Shown: one piece after another, positions 1 to 10,063 of the stretch
Numbering within the stretch: the stretch's first letter is position 1
How the letters are laid out: each line of letters opens with the position of its first letter
Assembly (NCBI GenBank): GCA_937890395.1
Contig: CALACK010000062.1
Span: 1,170 to 65,169 of the forward strand
Reading direction: 5' to 3'
Length of the DNA: 64,000 nucleotides
Source: an uncultured Acidimicrobiaceae bacterium
GTDB lineage: Bacteria > Actinomycetota > Acidimicrobiia > Acidimicrobiales > Ilumatobacteraceae
Program-made: the position numbers and the translations under genes
The notes under the pieces: generated by a model
Seen by the model: only the letters and a program-made list of their open reading frames with translations
Told to the model about the DNA's origin: nothing
Databases searched by the model: none

Positions 1-286
1 CAACCGACAAACCCGGTATCGACAAACAACCTTCGTCATAAACCCATTCGCCACTTGATTCAACGATTGTTGGGTTAAGAATGACTTCTGGTTTGTCGTC
101 AACATCGTAAACAAAAAGCTGCTTCTGTACCCCAATTTGAGGTGCCGCCAAACCGAGACCAGGCGCTTCGTACATCACAGTCAACATTTCGTCAGCGAGT
201 TTGACAAGTTTGCCGTCAATATTTGTGATCTCGGCCGCGCATGTTTTCAATACAGGGTCACCAAAAGTTCTAATTTTATAATTCAC
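1..286 (-). CDS. def: peptide deformylase, N-terminal part (gene continues beyond the left edge)
   Basis: Own translation of the minus strand from GTG 284-286: VNYKIRTFGDPVLKTCAAEITNIDGKLVKLADEMLTVMYEAPGLGLAAPQIGVQKQLFVYDVDDKPEVILNPTIVESSGEWVYDEGCLSIPG... It carries PDF motifs GLAAPQIG and EGCLS. It is absent from the ORF track because it is open-ended. Confidence 0.9.
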   Translation of the reverse strand, partial: MNYKIRTFGDPVLKTCAAEITNIDGKLVKLADEMLTVMYEAPGLGLAAPQIGVQKQLFVYDVDDKPEVILNPTIVESSGEWVYDEGCLSIPGLSV

Positions 287-296
287 GGGGATCAGG

Positions 297-1946
297 CTAT
301 ATCCGTGGAGGGTCAACGTGAATTGATATTCGAGATTTTGTGGTTCGCTTTGCATTCGACAATGCATCACTTAACATTTGCCAGTTTTCAGCGCGGATTA
401 AACCGTGCGTTGAATCTTTGATCATCGTCTGTACGAGTGCCGAATCACTCATTGACTCTAAAAATATCTTGGTTCCGACCCCGCTGACCTCTGCCAGAGA
501 ACCAAACGGCGGAAACTTCAATAATTCTCGTCTTGTTTTTTCGCTTGTGTTATAGGCATCTAAATTGCCCGTCGCCAGCCCAACCAATAATGGATTATCT
601 GGTGTGTGTGTTTGCAGCAATATTCGTGGGGTCTTTTTTGATGCGCCGACAAGTCGAGCTGCGTGCACCACAAGAGTGCCAACGAGCTCACTAGTTCGAT
701 AACGCGGCGCGAGCAGTTCGGCGTCTATGTCAAGAAATACGACTGTGTCAGCTGTCTGCACACGATGCAAGACCGCCTCAGTCCCGACAAACACATTTAC
801 TCGTTGGTTAACTTCTGTAGTTGCTGAAGTTACTTCGGCAACAGTCCGATTTGCTGCAGCCTGTAGCTCTTCGCGCAACCGACTGACGCCTGGTTTTAGT
901 AACGCGCAACTACTTGATCCGCAGGCTTGACACACAACCGGTCGTGTCATGCTGCAACGCGGACACTCAAGGGTTTCTTCATCACGTTGATTAACAGCGG
1001 CATCACATTTCTCACAACGAAGAATTGTTCGACATTTTGCACACGCAATTAGTCGTGCTCGGCCCTTGGTGTTATGAACACAAACAACACGACGACTCGA
1101 ATCACGAAGCTCGCTAATAAGTTCGGATGAAATCAGCGAGGTACTCCACCCTTCGTCTTTGTTGCGATCCAAAATTTCAATCTTCGGCCAAGATCTTTGA
1201 GGATCAGAAGCCCGAATTTCAAACACGCGACTACCTGCCCACTTTCTTGAAGCCTGCGACGGAAACGGAGTTATTAGACAGCATTTCGCTTGAATACGAT
1301 TACACCGCTCGATTGCTACATCGCGCGCATGCCAAGTCGGGCTGCGCTCTTCTTGCAACAAATCATCATGTTCGTCAATCACAACAATCGTCGAAAACTT
1401 TGCGACTGGCGCCCACACGACGCTGCGAGTGCCAACCACTATGTCGACACCTCCCATTGCGCTCGCCCAGTCTTGCGGCCATGAAGCAACTGAAAAACCA
1501 TTGACTTTAAGTGATGCGGCTAAAAGTTTCGCTCGATGTTGCGTTGGGATTACAACAATTAAGGGGCCGGCACTAGCAAGCGCGCTAACAATTGAAGTCG
1601 GGTTAGCCAAAGGCGACGTTAAGACCAACCCACCACTTTGTTTAATTACTTCATCGGCAACGGGTGATGAATAGTTGACTCCCCGTGACAAATATCTTGG
1701 TGATGGAACCTTTGCGATCAAAGTGCTCGGAGCAGAAGCCGAAACAAAACTTCGTATCCTTCCACTCCACCGCAACGTTGCCCAATGTGCGAGTTCAATT
1801 ATCTCAGTAGTCGTGCCAAGTCCCAAAACTTTTATTACCGAGCGAATCTTGTTTACGGCCAAGCCTGCGCTGGGTTCACCGATTTCGATTACCCATCCAG
1901 CGACATTTCGCCCATGCAAAGGCACACGCACACGCATGCCAACCAC
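297..1946 (-). CDS. priA: primosomal protein N-prime (PriA), actinobacterial type with degenerate helicase motif I
   Basis: 549-aa ORF. It has a Walker B-like VVIDEHDD and a Cys-rich zinc-binding insertion CAKCRTILRCEKCDAAV..CPRCS..CQACGS typical of PriA. It lies between metK and def. The true start is probably upstream of 1946 (see finding). Confidence 0.85.
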   Translation of the reverse strand: MVGMRVRVPLHGRNVAGWVIEIGEPSAGLAVNKIRSVIKVLGLGTTTEIIELAHWATLRWSGRIRSFVSASAPSTLIAKVPSPRYLSRGVNYSSPVADEVIKQSGGLVLTSPLANPTSIVSALASAGPLIVVIPTQHRAKLLAASLKVNGFSVASWPQDWASAMGGVDIVVGTRSVVWAPVAKFSTIVVIDEHDDLLQEERSPTWHARDVAIERCNRIQAKCCLITPFPSQASRKWAGSRVFEIRASDPQRSWPKIEILDRNKDEGWSTSLISSELISELRDSSRRVVCVHNTKGRARLIACAKCRTILRCEKCDAAVNQRDEETLECPRCSMTRPVVCQACGSSSCALLKPGVSRLREELQAAANRTVAEVTSATTEVNQRVNVFVGTEAVLHRVQTADTVVFLDIDAELLAPRYRTSELVGTLVVHAARLVGASKKTPRILLQTHTPDNPLLVGLATGNLDAYNTSEKTRRELLKFPPFGSLAEVSGVGTKIFLESMSDSALVQTMIKDSTHGLIRAENWQMLSDALSNAKRTTKSRISIHVDPPRI

Positions 1947-2053
1947 AATATTTTTCGCCAGTGATTCTGGGATCAGATAATCGAAAGTTTTATCGACTCC
2001 CGTGACATCGGGAACGACCCGCGCAACCCGTATTGAGGGTGTCGCGTCTTGAA

Positions 2054-3247
2054 TCAGAGTTTGACTGCTGCCTTGAATTCTTTAAGGCGCGACAAAGACT
2101 CCCATGTGAAATCAGGATGACTCCGACCGAAGTGACCGTAAGCCGCAGTCTTTTGATAAATCGGACGCTTCAAATCAAGGTCACGAACAATCGCCGCAGG
2201 ACGAAGATCGAAAACCTCGCGAACTGCTGCCTCAATCAAAGCCTCGTCAACTTTATTTGTGCCGAAAGTTTCAACGAATATGCTCACTGGATGCGCCATG
2301 CCAATTGCGTATGCGACTTGAAGTTCACAACGCTGTGCTGCACCAGATGCAACAACATGCTTGGCAACCCAACGAGCTGCATAAGCAGCCGAACGATCAA
2401 CTTTTGATGGATCTTTTCCGCTGAATGCGCCACCGCCGTGACGGCCCATGCCACCGTAAGTGTCAACGATAATTTTGCGACCAGTCAAACCTGTATCTGC
2501 ATGTGGTCCACCTTTGACGAACTCGCCAGTTGGGTTTACATAAACCGCATAATCATCTTTCGCAAATTGCGCTGGGATAACCGGACGAATTACTTGCTCG
2601 ATCAAATCTGGGCGAATAACAGTGTCACGATTGATGCCATCGGCATGTTGAGTTGAGATCAACACTGTTCGCAAGCGAACTGGCTTGCCATCTTCGTAAT
2701 CAAAAGTAACTTGTGTTTTGCCATCTGGACGCAAATATGGAATCGCACCAGACTTGCGAACATCTGTTAACTTCTCTGCCATTCGATGTGCCAGCCAAAT
2801 TGGCAGTGGCATTAAATCTTCTGTTTCTGTGCACGCATAACCAAACATCATTCCTTGGTCGCCTGCGCCTTGACTGTTCAAAACATCTTCACCGCTCTTG
2901 CCACCGCGAATCTCTTCGCTGATATTCACACCTTGCGAAATGTTTGGACTCTGCTCGTCAATGCTGACAATGACGCCACATGTGTTGCCGTCAAAACCGT
3001 AAAGTGCGTTGTCGTAACCAATGCCATTGATAACTTGGCGTGCGAGTTTCGGAATATCAACATAGGCACTTGTCGTGATCTCGCCGGCAATAACACACAA
3101 GCCAGTTGTCAATAGAGTTTCACAGGCAACACGACCTGCTGGGTCAGCACCAAGAATTGCGTCAAGTACCGCATCTGAAATCTGGTCTGCCATCTTGTCT
3201 GGGTGACCCTCGGTCACGCTCTCAGATGTAAACGAATACTTTTTCAT
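2054..3247 (-). CDS. metK: S-adenosylmethionine synthetase
   Basis: 397 aa with signatures [17 protein letters not shown] and [23 protein letters not shown] sits a few nt upstream of the ATG. Confidence 0.97.
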   Translation of the reverse strand: MKKYSFTSESVTEGHPDKMADQISDAVLDAILGADPAGRVACETLLTTGLCVIAGEITTSAYVDIPKLARQVINGIGYDNALYGFDGNTCGVIVSIDEQSPNISQGVNISEEIRGGKSGEDVLNSQGAGDQGMMFGYACTETEDLMPLPIWLAHRMAEKLTDVRKSGAIPYLRPDGKTQVTFDYEDGKPVRLRTVLISTQHADGINRDTVIRPDLIEQVIRPVIPAQFAKDDYAVYVNPTGEFVKGGPHADTGLTGRKIIVDTYGGMGRHGGGAFSGKDPSKVDRSAAYAARWVAKHVVASGAAQRCELQVAYAIGMAHPVSIFVETFGTNKVDEALIEAAVREVFDLRPAAIVRDLDLKRPIYQKTAAYGHFGRSHPDFTWESLSRLKEFKAAVKL

Positions 3248-3314
3248 ATGATCTCCATCTCTGTTTTCAACAAGACGCTACTAAATATTGCGCCCAGACA
3301 ATAGTTACTCGAGC

Positions 3315-3656
3315 CTATTTAGCGTCAGGCTCAGTTGCGGCTTCAAGCTCAGCGGCTAATTCTGCTTCGTGCGCTGCGACAGCGGCTTCGTTTTCTGCAA
3401 CGATGTCTTCAATTGTTCGCTGAACTAATTGAATTTTGCCTGCTGAAATCTCTTCGAAACTTATTGACAAAGGCTTTCGCGCGGTTGAGCTGACCTGTGG
3501 TGGAACCATGTTGCCAAGTCCATCGCCGAGTTGGTTGAAATAAGAATTTATCTCGCGAGCGCGACGCGCTGCAAGCGTCACAAGTGAGAACTTAGAGCCA
3601 GTGTGATCCATCAACGACTCAATTGGTGGGTTCATCATCGTGTCATCTGTCGTCAC
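3315..3656 (-). CDS. rpoZ: DNA-directed RNA polymerase subunit omega
   Basis: 113 aa. IESLMDHTGSKFSLVTLAARRAREIN is the omega core, followed by an acidic Ala/Glu tail. GTG start with GGAGG 6 nt upstream. The conserved gmk-rpoZ pairing is present. Confidence 0.9.
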   Translation of the reverse strand: MTTDDTMMNPPIESLMDHTGSKFSLVTLAARRAREINSYFNQLGDGLGNMVPPQVSSTARKPLSISFEEISAGKIQLVQRTIEDIVAENEAAVAAHEAELAAELEAATEPDAK

Positions 3657-3720
3657 TTATTTCCTCCTGGATCAGGCATCGGGTGCGCCTAGCGGCTCAT
3701 AAGTATAGCCATAAATGAAG

Positions 3721-4287
3721 TTATGTTTGGCGCTTTTTTCGCTCAAAATCAATGATCCGACTCATCTCATTGACTGTTTCACCTAAGTCATCGTTGATCA
3801 GCACGTAGTCGGCAATCGCCTTACCAATTGGTTCTTCATCTTCGGCTTTACGCAATCGCTTTTCAACTTTTTGGGCAGGATCACCGCGTCCGTGTAGTCG
3901 AGATTTCTGCTCTTGGCGAGAAGGCGGCAAGATAAATAGCAATAACGCATTGGCGTTTATCTGTTTGACTTGCTGAGCACCGTCAACCTCAATTTCAAGG
4001 ACTGTATCTTTGCCTTCAGGCGCGCTTGGCGTTGGCGTGCCATAGAGATTTCCCAAAAAATCCGTCCACTCTAGAAATCCACCATCAGCAATATGCTGCT
4101 CAAACTGTTCGCGAGTAACGAACTTGTACGCATCTGGAGCTTCGCCACTGCGTTGTTCGCGCGTTGTCCATGAACGGCTCAACCATAAATTTGCATCTCG
4201 CTTGACGAGCGCATCAACAATTGTGCTCTTGCCAACGCCTCCAGGACCAGACACGACAATTACGAGACCCCGCGAGTTGAACGCCAT
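3721..4287 (-). CDS. gmk: guanylate kinase
   Basis: 188 aa with P-loop GPGGVGKST. The ATG shares one base with the mihF stop (TGATG). Confidence 0.93.
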   Translation of the reverse strand: MAFNSRGLVIVVSGPGGVGKSTIVDALVKRDANLWLSRSWTTREQRSGEAPDAYKFVTREQFEQHIADGGFLEWTDFLGNLYGTPTPSAPEGKDTVLEIEVDGAQQVKQINANALLLFILPPSRQEQKSRLHGRGDPAQKVEKRLRKAEDEEPIGKAIADYVLINDDLGETVNEMSRIIDFERKKRQT

Positions 4288-4679
4288 CAGATGAATGTCT
4301 CGAATTTTTCGAGCAGTGCTTGACGCTCATTGATTGTAAGGCTTTCAATTCTGCGCTTTTCGGTAATTTCAAGATCAGCCATCAGCCGTCGTGCTTTAAC
4401 CTTGCCAACGTGCTGAAAAGCTTCGAGTGCTTTAACTAGATATAAACGTTTTATCGCTGCGCTGAAAGTTTCGACTGTGTCAAATGTGTCAAATGTGTCA
4501 AATGTGTCGACTGTGTCGACTGTGTCGACTGAATCTTCTTTCAACAGATCACTTAATTTCACACTGCCACTAGCGATATCTAGAAGAACTTGAGACATCT
4601 TACAGCGCAACGAATATGCGCTAGCGATCACCGATTTGCGATCTACTTCAACACTCTCAGACAGATATGAGGTTGCCAT
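4287..4679 (-). CDS. mihF: actinobacterial integration host factor (mIHF/sIHF family) with an internal repeat insertion
   Basis: 130 aa. The C-terminal half IKRLYLVKALEAFQHVGKVKARRLMADLEITEKRRIESLTINERQALLEKF matches the mIHF motif ..LEALPKVGKVKA..IM..L.I...RR...L...Q...L.EKF as I remember it. It holds the conserved position pyr operon-mihF-gmk-rpoZ. Confidence 0.8.
   Translation of the reverse strand: MATSYLSESVEVDRKSVIASAYSLRCKMSQVLLDIASGSVKLSDLLKEDSVDTVDTVDTFDTFDTFDTVETFSAAIKRLYLVKALEAFQHVGKVKARRLMADLEITEKRRIESLTINERQALLEKFETFI
4467..4529. repeat. in-frame 9-bp tandem repeat, 7 units, inside mihF
   Basis: Sense strand reads GTCGACACA x3, TTTGACACA x3 and GTCGAAACT x1, encoding VDT VDT VDT FDT FDT FDT VET. 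Confidence 0.95.
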
Positions 4680-4685
4680 TGATTT

Positions 4686-4713
4686 ATTCTACTTGCGCAA
4701 TTTATCTGTTCAA
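4686..4713 (-). promoter_or_regulatory. sigma-70/SigA-type promoter candidate producing a leaderless mihF mRNA
   Basis: Minus strand: TTGAAC (4713-4708), 16 nt spacer, TAGAAT (4691-4686), 6 nt, then ATG (4679). There is no Shine-Dalgarno sequence. Confidence 0.45.
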
Positions 4714-5658
4714 TTACTTCTTTAGCCCGTTTCGGTGAGCGGCTGAAGTGACTTGAGACCAATCAGTTATCTGATGCGAGACCGCCCAATCAATCAGCTG
4801 ATTTTGAATCAAAAGTGCCGCTCGAGGGTTAGCAAAACTCGCGGTGCCAACCTGAACTGCATTGGCACCTGCCAACATCAACTCGGCAGCATCACGACCG
4901 GTCATCACTCCGCCAACCCCGATGATGCCGATTTCTGGCAGCGCTTGTCGTACATCAAAAATGCAACGCACGGCAATGGGATGTAGCGCCGACCCAGATA
5001 AGCCTCCGCGAATATTGCCAAGACTTGGCAACCCCGTATCTGTATTGATTGCCATTCCAATTGCTGTATTCACGAGCGTCACTGCTTGAGCGCCTGCCTG
5101 CTGAACTGCGCGGGCAATATCAACTAGTTCATGAGTATTCGGACTCAACTTTGCCCAAACAGGCAGACCCGAGTTAACACAACCTTCGATTATTTGTGCA
5201 CTGAGTCGAGCGTCGTGAGCAAACACAACGTGATCTCCACCTAAGTTTGGACACGAAAGATTCACCTCGATTGCTGTAATTCTATTTTTGACTTCTCCAA
5301 GCATTTTTGCAGCGAGTAGATAATCATCAACGCTGTGTCCCCAAATACTGACGATGACTGTTGCACCAGACTCTTCTAAAGCAACAAGATCTTCAACAAT
5401 AAAATGTTCGATGCCGTCTCCTTGTAGGCCGACTGCGTTAAGCATTCCATTTTTTGTTGGCGCTAATCTCGGTGCGCGATTACCTGCCCACGCAAATGGC
5501 GCAATTGATTTCGCAACAACACCACCAATTTCTCTAAGAGAAAAATACGCATCTAATTCTGCACCATAACCTGCGGTTCCTGATGCTGTGAGAATTGGAT
5601 GAGCAAGTTTGACATCACCTACTTGGATCGAACAATTACTTATTGACTCAACATTCAT
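4714..5658 (-). CDS. pyrD: dihydroorotate dehydrogenase, class 1 (Cys catalytic base)
   Basis: 314 aa with active-site NLSCPN and FMN-binding [27 protein letters not shown]. There is no N-terminal membrane helix. ATGA overlap with the carB stop. Confidence 0.9.
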   Translation of the reverse strand: MNVESISNCSIQVGDVKLAHPILTASGTAGYGAELDAYFSLREIGGVVAKSIAPFAWAGNRAPRLAPTKNGMLNAVGLQGDGIEHFIVEDLVALEESGATVIVSIWGHSVDDYLLAAKMLGEVKNRITAIEVNLSCPNLGGDHVVFAHDARLSAQIIEGCVNSGLPVWAKLSPNTHELVDIARAVQQAGAQAVTLVNTAIGMAINTDTGLPSLGNIRGGLSGSALHPIAVRCIFDVRQALPEIGIIGVGGVMTGRDAAELMLAGANAVQVGTASFANPRAALLIQNQLIDWAVSHQITDWSQVTSAAHRNGLKK

Positions 5659-8600
5659 CTAGCGTGAAACTCTTGTAACGACATCACCGTGAAAGGTCGA
5701 TTACGCTGCTCAATCATTCCTTGAACTGCGGCAGTGGCAGCGCTCAATGTCGTGACCACGGAAACTCGACATGTGTTGGCTGCCTTACGAATTGCCTCGC
5801 CGTCATTTCGTGTGCCATAACCCCGTGGTGTGTTAATTACTAATGCGATCTCGCCAGATTCAATTAGTTTTACTGCATCGTCGCCAGTGTTACTACCCGG
5901 CTTTCTTTCTGAGAATTTGCCGACAACGCGTGAAACTTCGCAGCCATGACTCTTTAGAAAATCAGCCGTACCGACTGTGGCCACAATCTTGAGACCGAGA
6001 GATGTCAAACCTTTGACAACTTCGACTCCGCCAAGTTTGTCGCGGTCGTTTAGCGACACGAACACAAGCCCAGACTCGGGCAATGTTGTGCCAGCGGCGA
6101 ACTGTGACTTGGCGAATGCGCGCGCAAAAGAATCGTCGATACCCATTACTTCACCTGTTGAACGCATCTCTGGCCCAAGCGCAGTATCAACATCTGCAAA
6201 GCGATTGAATGGCAACACTGCTTCTTTCACCGAGACATGTGAGCCAGACACGGGCTTTTGCAACAAACCTTCACTGCGAAGTTGCTCGAGTGTTGAGCCA
6301 AGCATGACACGACTCGCAATCTTGGCTAGTGGCACGCCCGTTGCTTTCGCCACAAAAGGCACGGTTCGACTTGCACGCGGATTGGCTTCTATTACGTAGA
6401 CAGCTTTATCAGTAATTGCAAACTGAACATTGACCAGGCCGACAACCTTCAAAGCTTCGGATATTTTCTTGACCGTATTTTCGATTTCTAAAATCGTCGC
6501 ATTTGACAAACTGACAGGCGGAATCGTGCACGCCGAGTCGCCAGAGTGCACACCCGCCTGCTCAACATGCTCCATCACTCCACCGATTAAAACTTCACCT
6601 GTTGAATCACGAATCGCGTCAACGTCAACTTCAGTTGCGTCTTCTAAAAATCTGTCAATCAGCACTGGTCTTTGCGCAGATAGTCCGCCTTCGCGACCCA
6701 ACGACCCAGCCTGGCTCATTTCTTGCATCGCTTTGCGCAGGTGCGCCTCGTCATGAACAATCTGCATTGCCCGTCCACCTAATACATAACTTGGACGAAC
6801 AAGAACCGGGTAACCAATTTTGGTAGCGATCTCTACGGCTTGTTCAACATCACGAGCGGTACCACCTGGAGGTTGCAAAATATTCAACGATTCGCAAAGC
6901 GCACTCCATTTCTCACGATCTTCGGCAATATCAATTGACTCGCTTGTTGTGCCGGCGATCAATTCTTTAGGCAACTGAGTTGCGAGTTTGAGTGGAGTCT
7001 GACCACCTAGTCCGACAATAATTCGCGGATTTGAACCAGATATCAGTTGTTCAGCTTCAATCACATTCATCACATCTTCATAAGTAAGAGGCTCGAAGTA
7101 AAGTTTGTCTGAAGTGTCGTAATCAGTCGAGACTGTCTCTGGGTTGCAGTTGAGCATGATCGTCTGAAAACCGGCATCGCGCAATGCAAAACTCGCATGC
7201 ACACAGCAATAATCAAACTCAATGCCCTGGCCGATTCTGTTTGGACCACTTCCTAAAATAATTACGGATTGCTTTGTGCTGGACTGCAGTTCTGATTCAT
7301 CTTCGTATGTCGAATAGTGGTACGGGGTCTGTGCAGCGAACTCGGCACTGCATGTGTCAACCGCTTTATAAGTTGGCCTGACACCGCGCTTTAGTCGGGT
7401 CGCTCGCACATCATGTTCAGTTCGTTTAAACAAATAGCTGAGCTGAGCATCTGAAAAACCGAGCCGCTTAACGCGTTTCCAATCTGAGACCGATAATTCT
7501 TCGAGACTTTGCGACTCAAGAAATTCACGCTCTTCAACTATCGACTGCATTTGATCCAAGAACCACGGATCAAATTTGCAAGATTTTGCGATCTTTTCAA
7601 TTGAGATTTTTCGGCGCAAACATTCACCGATTTCAAAGATTCTTTCGGGTGTCGGTATAGCGATCTTGGCAAGCAACTGGGCATCACTCGAGTCGTTAAA
7701 GATCTCTTCACCGGGGTCACAATTAAGACCAAGTCGACCAATTTCTAGCGACCGCAATGCCTTCTGCAAACTCTCGGTAAATGTTCTGCCAATTGCCATT
7801 GCTTCACCGACACTCTGCATCTGAGTACCGAGAACTCCAGACGTGCCCGGAAACTTCTCAAATGCCCAACGAGGAATCTTGGTGACTACATAATCAATTG
7901 TTGGCTCAAAACTCGCAGGTGTCATTTTGGTGATGTCGTTTGATATTTCATCAAGCGTGTAGCCGACAGCAAGTTTTGCCGCAATCTTTGCAATTGGAAA
8001 GCCAGTGGCTTTAGACGCAAGTGCTGAACTTCTTGAAACTCTCGGGTTCATCTCGATTACAACTTGATCGCCATTAATTGGGTTCACAGCAAATTGCACA
8101 TTTGAGCCACCGGTTTCAACACCAACACGGCGGATACAAGCAAAAGCAGCGTCACGCATTTTTTGATATTCAACATCTGAAAGGGTCATTGCCGGTGCGA
8201 CTGTCATTGAGTCACCCGTGTGTACACCCATCGCATCTATATTTTCGATCGAGCAGATCACGACACAGTTATCATTTTTGTCGCGCATTACTTCAAGTTC
8301 ATATTCTTTCCAGCCGACGATGGATGTCTCGATCAATATTTCAGAAATCGGACTAGCCGCGAGACCATTTGCGACGACAGCATGAAATTCTTCTAAAGTG
8401 TTGGCAATACCGGTGCCTCTTCCGCCCAAAATGTACGCAGGGCGAATAATCACCGGCAATTTGATTTCTTTGAGAATCTCATCTGCTTGCTCGGCTGTGT
8501 GCGCGATCCCGCTGCGGGGCACACTCAGACCGATCTCAATCATTGCCTCTTTGAATTTTCCTCTATCTTCTGCAGTATTGATTGCCAGAGCGTTAGCACC

Positions 8601-8951
8601 GATCAACTCGGGCGTACCAGGCACACCAACCTTGCCGCGTTCAAACAAAGTCATTGCAAGATTTAAGGCAGTCTGCCCACCAAGAGTTGGCAGCACGGCA
8701 TCGGGTTTTTCTCTCTCGATTATTTGCTCTATAAAATCTGGTGTAAGAGGCTCGATATAAGTACGATCAGCAAAATCGGGATCAGTCATGATTGTTGCCG
8801 GGTTTGAGTTTGCGAGAATCACTCGGTAACCCTCTTGTCGCAACACACGACACGCTTGCGTGCCTGAATAATCAAACTCACATGCCTGACCGATGACAAT
8901 TGGCCCCGAGCCGAGAACAAGAATCGACTTGATGTCTTCGCGCCGTGGCAT
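5655..8951 (-). CDS. carB: carbamoyl-phosphate synthase large subunit
   Basis: 1098 aa with a duplicated ATP-grasp architecture and an MGS-like C-terminus. The N-terminus [24 protein letters not shown] is classic CarB. Confidence 0.97.
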   Translation of the reverse strand: MPRREDIKSILVLGSGPIVIGQACEFDYSGTQACRVLRQEGYRVILANSNPATIMTDPDFADRTYIEPLTPDFIEQIIEREKPDAVLPTLGGQTALNLAMTLFERGKVGVPGTPELIGANALAINTAEDRGKFKEAMIEIGLSVPRSGIAHTAEQADEILKEIKLPVIIRPAYILGGRGTGIANTLEEFHAVVANGLAASPISEILIETSIVGWKEYELEVMRDKNDNCVVICSIENIDAMGVHTGDSMTVAPAMTLSDVEYQKMRDAAFACIRRVGVETGGSNVQFAVNPINGDQVVIEMNPRVSRSSALASKATGFPIAKIAAKLAVGYTLDEISNDITKMTPASFEPTIDYVVTKIPRWAFEKFPGTSGVLGTQMQSVGEAMAIGRTFTESLQKALRSLEIGRLGLNCDPGEEIFNDSSDAQLLAKIAIPTPERIFEIGECLRRKISIEKIAKSCKFDPWFLDQMQSIVEEREFLESQSLEELSVSDWKRVKRLGFSDAQLSYLFKRTEHDVRATRLKRGVRPTYKAVDTCSAEFAAQTPYHYSTYEDESELQSSTKQSVIILGSGPNRIGQGIEFDYCCVHASFALRDAGFQTIMLNCNPETVSTDYDTSDKLYFEPLTYEDVMNVIEAEQLISGSNPRIIVGLGGQTPLKLATQLPKELIAGTTSESIDIAEDREKWSALCESLNILQPPGGTARDVEQAVEIATKIGYPVLVRPSYVLGGRAMQIVHDEAHLRKAMQEMSQAGSLGREGGLSAQRPVLIDRFLEDATEVDVDAIRDSTGEVLIGGVMEHVEQAGVHSGDSACTIPPVSLSNATILEIENTVKKISEALKVVGLVNVQFAITDKAVYVIEANPRASRTVPFVAKATGVPLAKIASRVMLGSTLEQLRSEGLLQKPVSGSHVSVKEAVLPFNRFADVDTALGPEMRSTGEVMGIDDSFARAFAKSQFAAGTTLPESGLVFVSLNDRDKLGGVEVVKGLTSLGLKIVATVGTADFLKSHGCEVSRVVGKFSERKPGSNTGDDAVKLIESGEIALVINTPRGYGTRNDGEAIRKAANTCRVSVVTTLSAATAAVQGMIEQRNRPFTVMSLQEFHAR

Positions 8952-10063
8952 TATTTACGATCCATCATTTCGACGAATTGCGAAAATAGATACCGACTAT
9001 CGTGCGGGCCAGGGCCAGCTTCTGGGTGATACTGAACGCTGAAAGCATTGGCGCCGCGAACACGCAAACCCTCGTTGGTATTGTCATTTAAATTGATGTG
9101 AGTAACGTCAGCTTTTGTAGCCAGCGAATCTGCGTCGACACAAAAATTATGATTTTGACTTGTGATCTCAACTGACTTGGTCGCGATATTTCTTACTGGA
9201 TGATTTGCCCCGTGATGACCGAAAGGCAACTTGTATGTTTTGCCGCCTAGTGCGAGTGCCAAAAGTTGATGACCAAGACAAATACCAAACAACGGAACAC
9301 CAGTGCCAAGCAATTCTCGAATAGTCGCCGGAGCGCCATGTACCATCTCAGGATCACCAGGGCCATTTGACAAAAAGATACCGTTTGGCGATAACGCCAT
9401 CACCTCTTCGGCAGTCGCAGTTGCTGGCACAACGTGCACTGTTGCGAACTCAGCCAGACAATTCAACATCGTTGTCTTAATACCAAAGTCATAAGCGACG
9501 ACTGTGAATTTGCCACTTCCGTGAATGTAACTTTTAGTTGTCGTGACTTGAGCGACTAAGTTTTTTCCGGCGGTGCCCTTTTCACTTTTTGCAGCCTTTG
9601 TTAATTCTTCTTGGCTGGCGGTGCCGAATGCACCTGGCATCGAGCCAGAATCTCGCAACAATCGTGTCAAGCGTCTTGTATCAATACCGGCGATGCCTGT
9701 CATTTCATTTTTCTTAAGAAATGAATCTAACGAGTCATCACTGCGCCAGTTGCTGCGGCGCCGCGCGAGTTCTCGAACAATCACGCCCCGTGCGAAAACT
9801 TTTGATGCTTCGTTATCAAGATTCGTTGTGCCGTAGTTACCGATATGTGGCGTCGTAAAAGTGATGATCTGCCCCGCATATGACGGGTCAGTAATTATCT
9901 CTTGATAACCCGATAATCCAGTGTGAAAAACTACTTCGCCCTTCGAGATGACTGGCTCAGAGTTCTCAGACGAGCCCGCACCGATTGCTTCACCTTCAAA
10001 GACTGAACCGTCATTTAAAACGAGAAGTGCGGGCTTAATCTTCGTCTTTGAAATTTGCGTCAT
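8951..10063 (-). CDS. carA: carbamoyl-phosphate synthase small (glutaminase) subunit
   Basis: 370 aa with the class-I amidotransferase nucleophile elbow [10 protein letters not shown] and a C-terminal VQYHPEA. Overlaps carB and pyrC by 1 and 4 nt. Confidence 0.95.
   Translation of the reverse strand: MTQISKTKIKPALLVLNDGSVFEGEAIGAGSSENSEPVISKGEVVFHTGLSGYQEIITDPSYAGQIITFTTPHIGNYGTTNLDNEASKVFARGVIVRELARRRSNWRSDDSLDSFLKKNEMTGIAGIDTRRLTRLLRDSGSMPGAFGTASQEELTKAAKSEKGTAGKNLVAQVTTTKSYIHGSGKFTVVAYDFGIKTTMLNCLAEFATVHVVPATATAEEVMALSPNGIFLSNGPGDPEMVHGAPATIRELLGTGVPLFGICLGHQLLALALGGKTYKLPFGHHGANHPVRNIATKSVEITSQNHNFCVDADSLATKADVTHINLNDNTNEGLRVRGANAFSVQYHPEAGPGPHDSRYLFSQFVEMMDRK

Noticed and set aside
137-421. 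A 94-aa plus-strand ORF bridging the def/priA junction.
   Set aside because: It is antisense to def (motifs GLAAPQIG and EGCLS read on the minus strand) and to the priA 3-prime end. It has no independent support.
3248-3314. A SAM riboswitch upstream of metK, and T-box leaders upstream of alaS, aspS, hisS and thrS.
   Set aside because: The spacers are only 28-107 nt, too short for SAM-I/IV or T-box architectures. No specifier/T-box sequence or SAM-binding core was recognisable.
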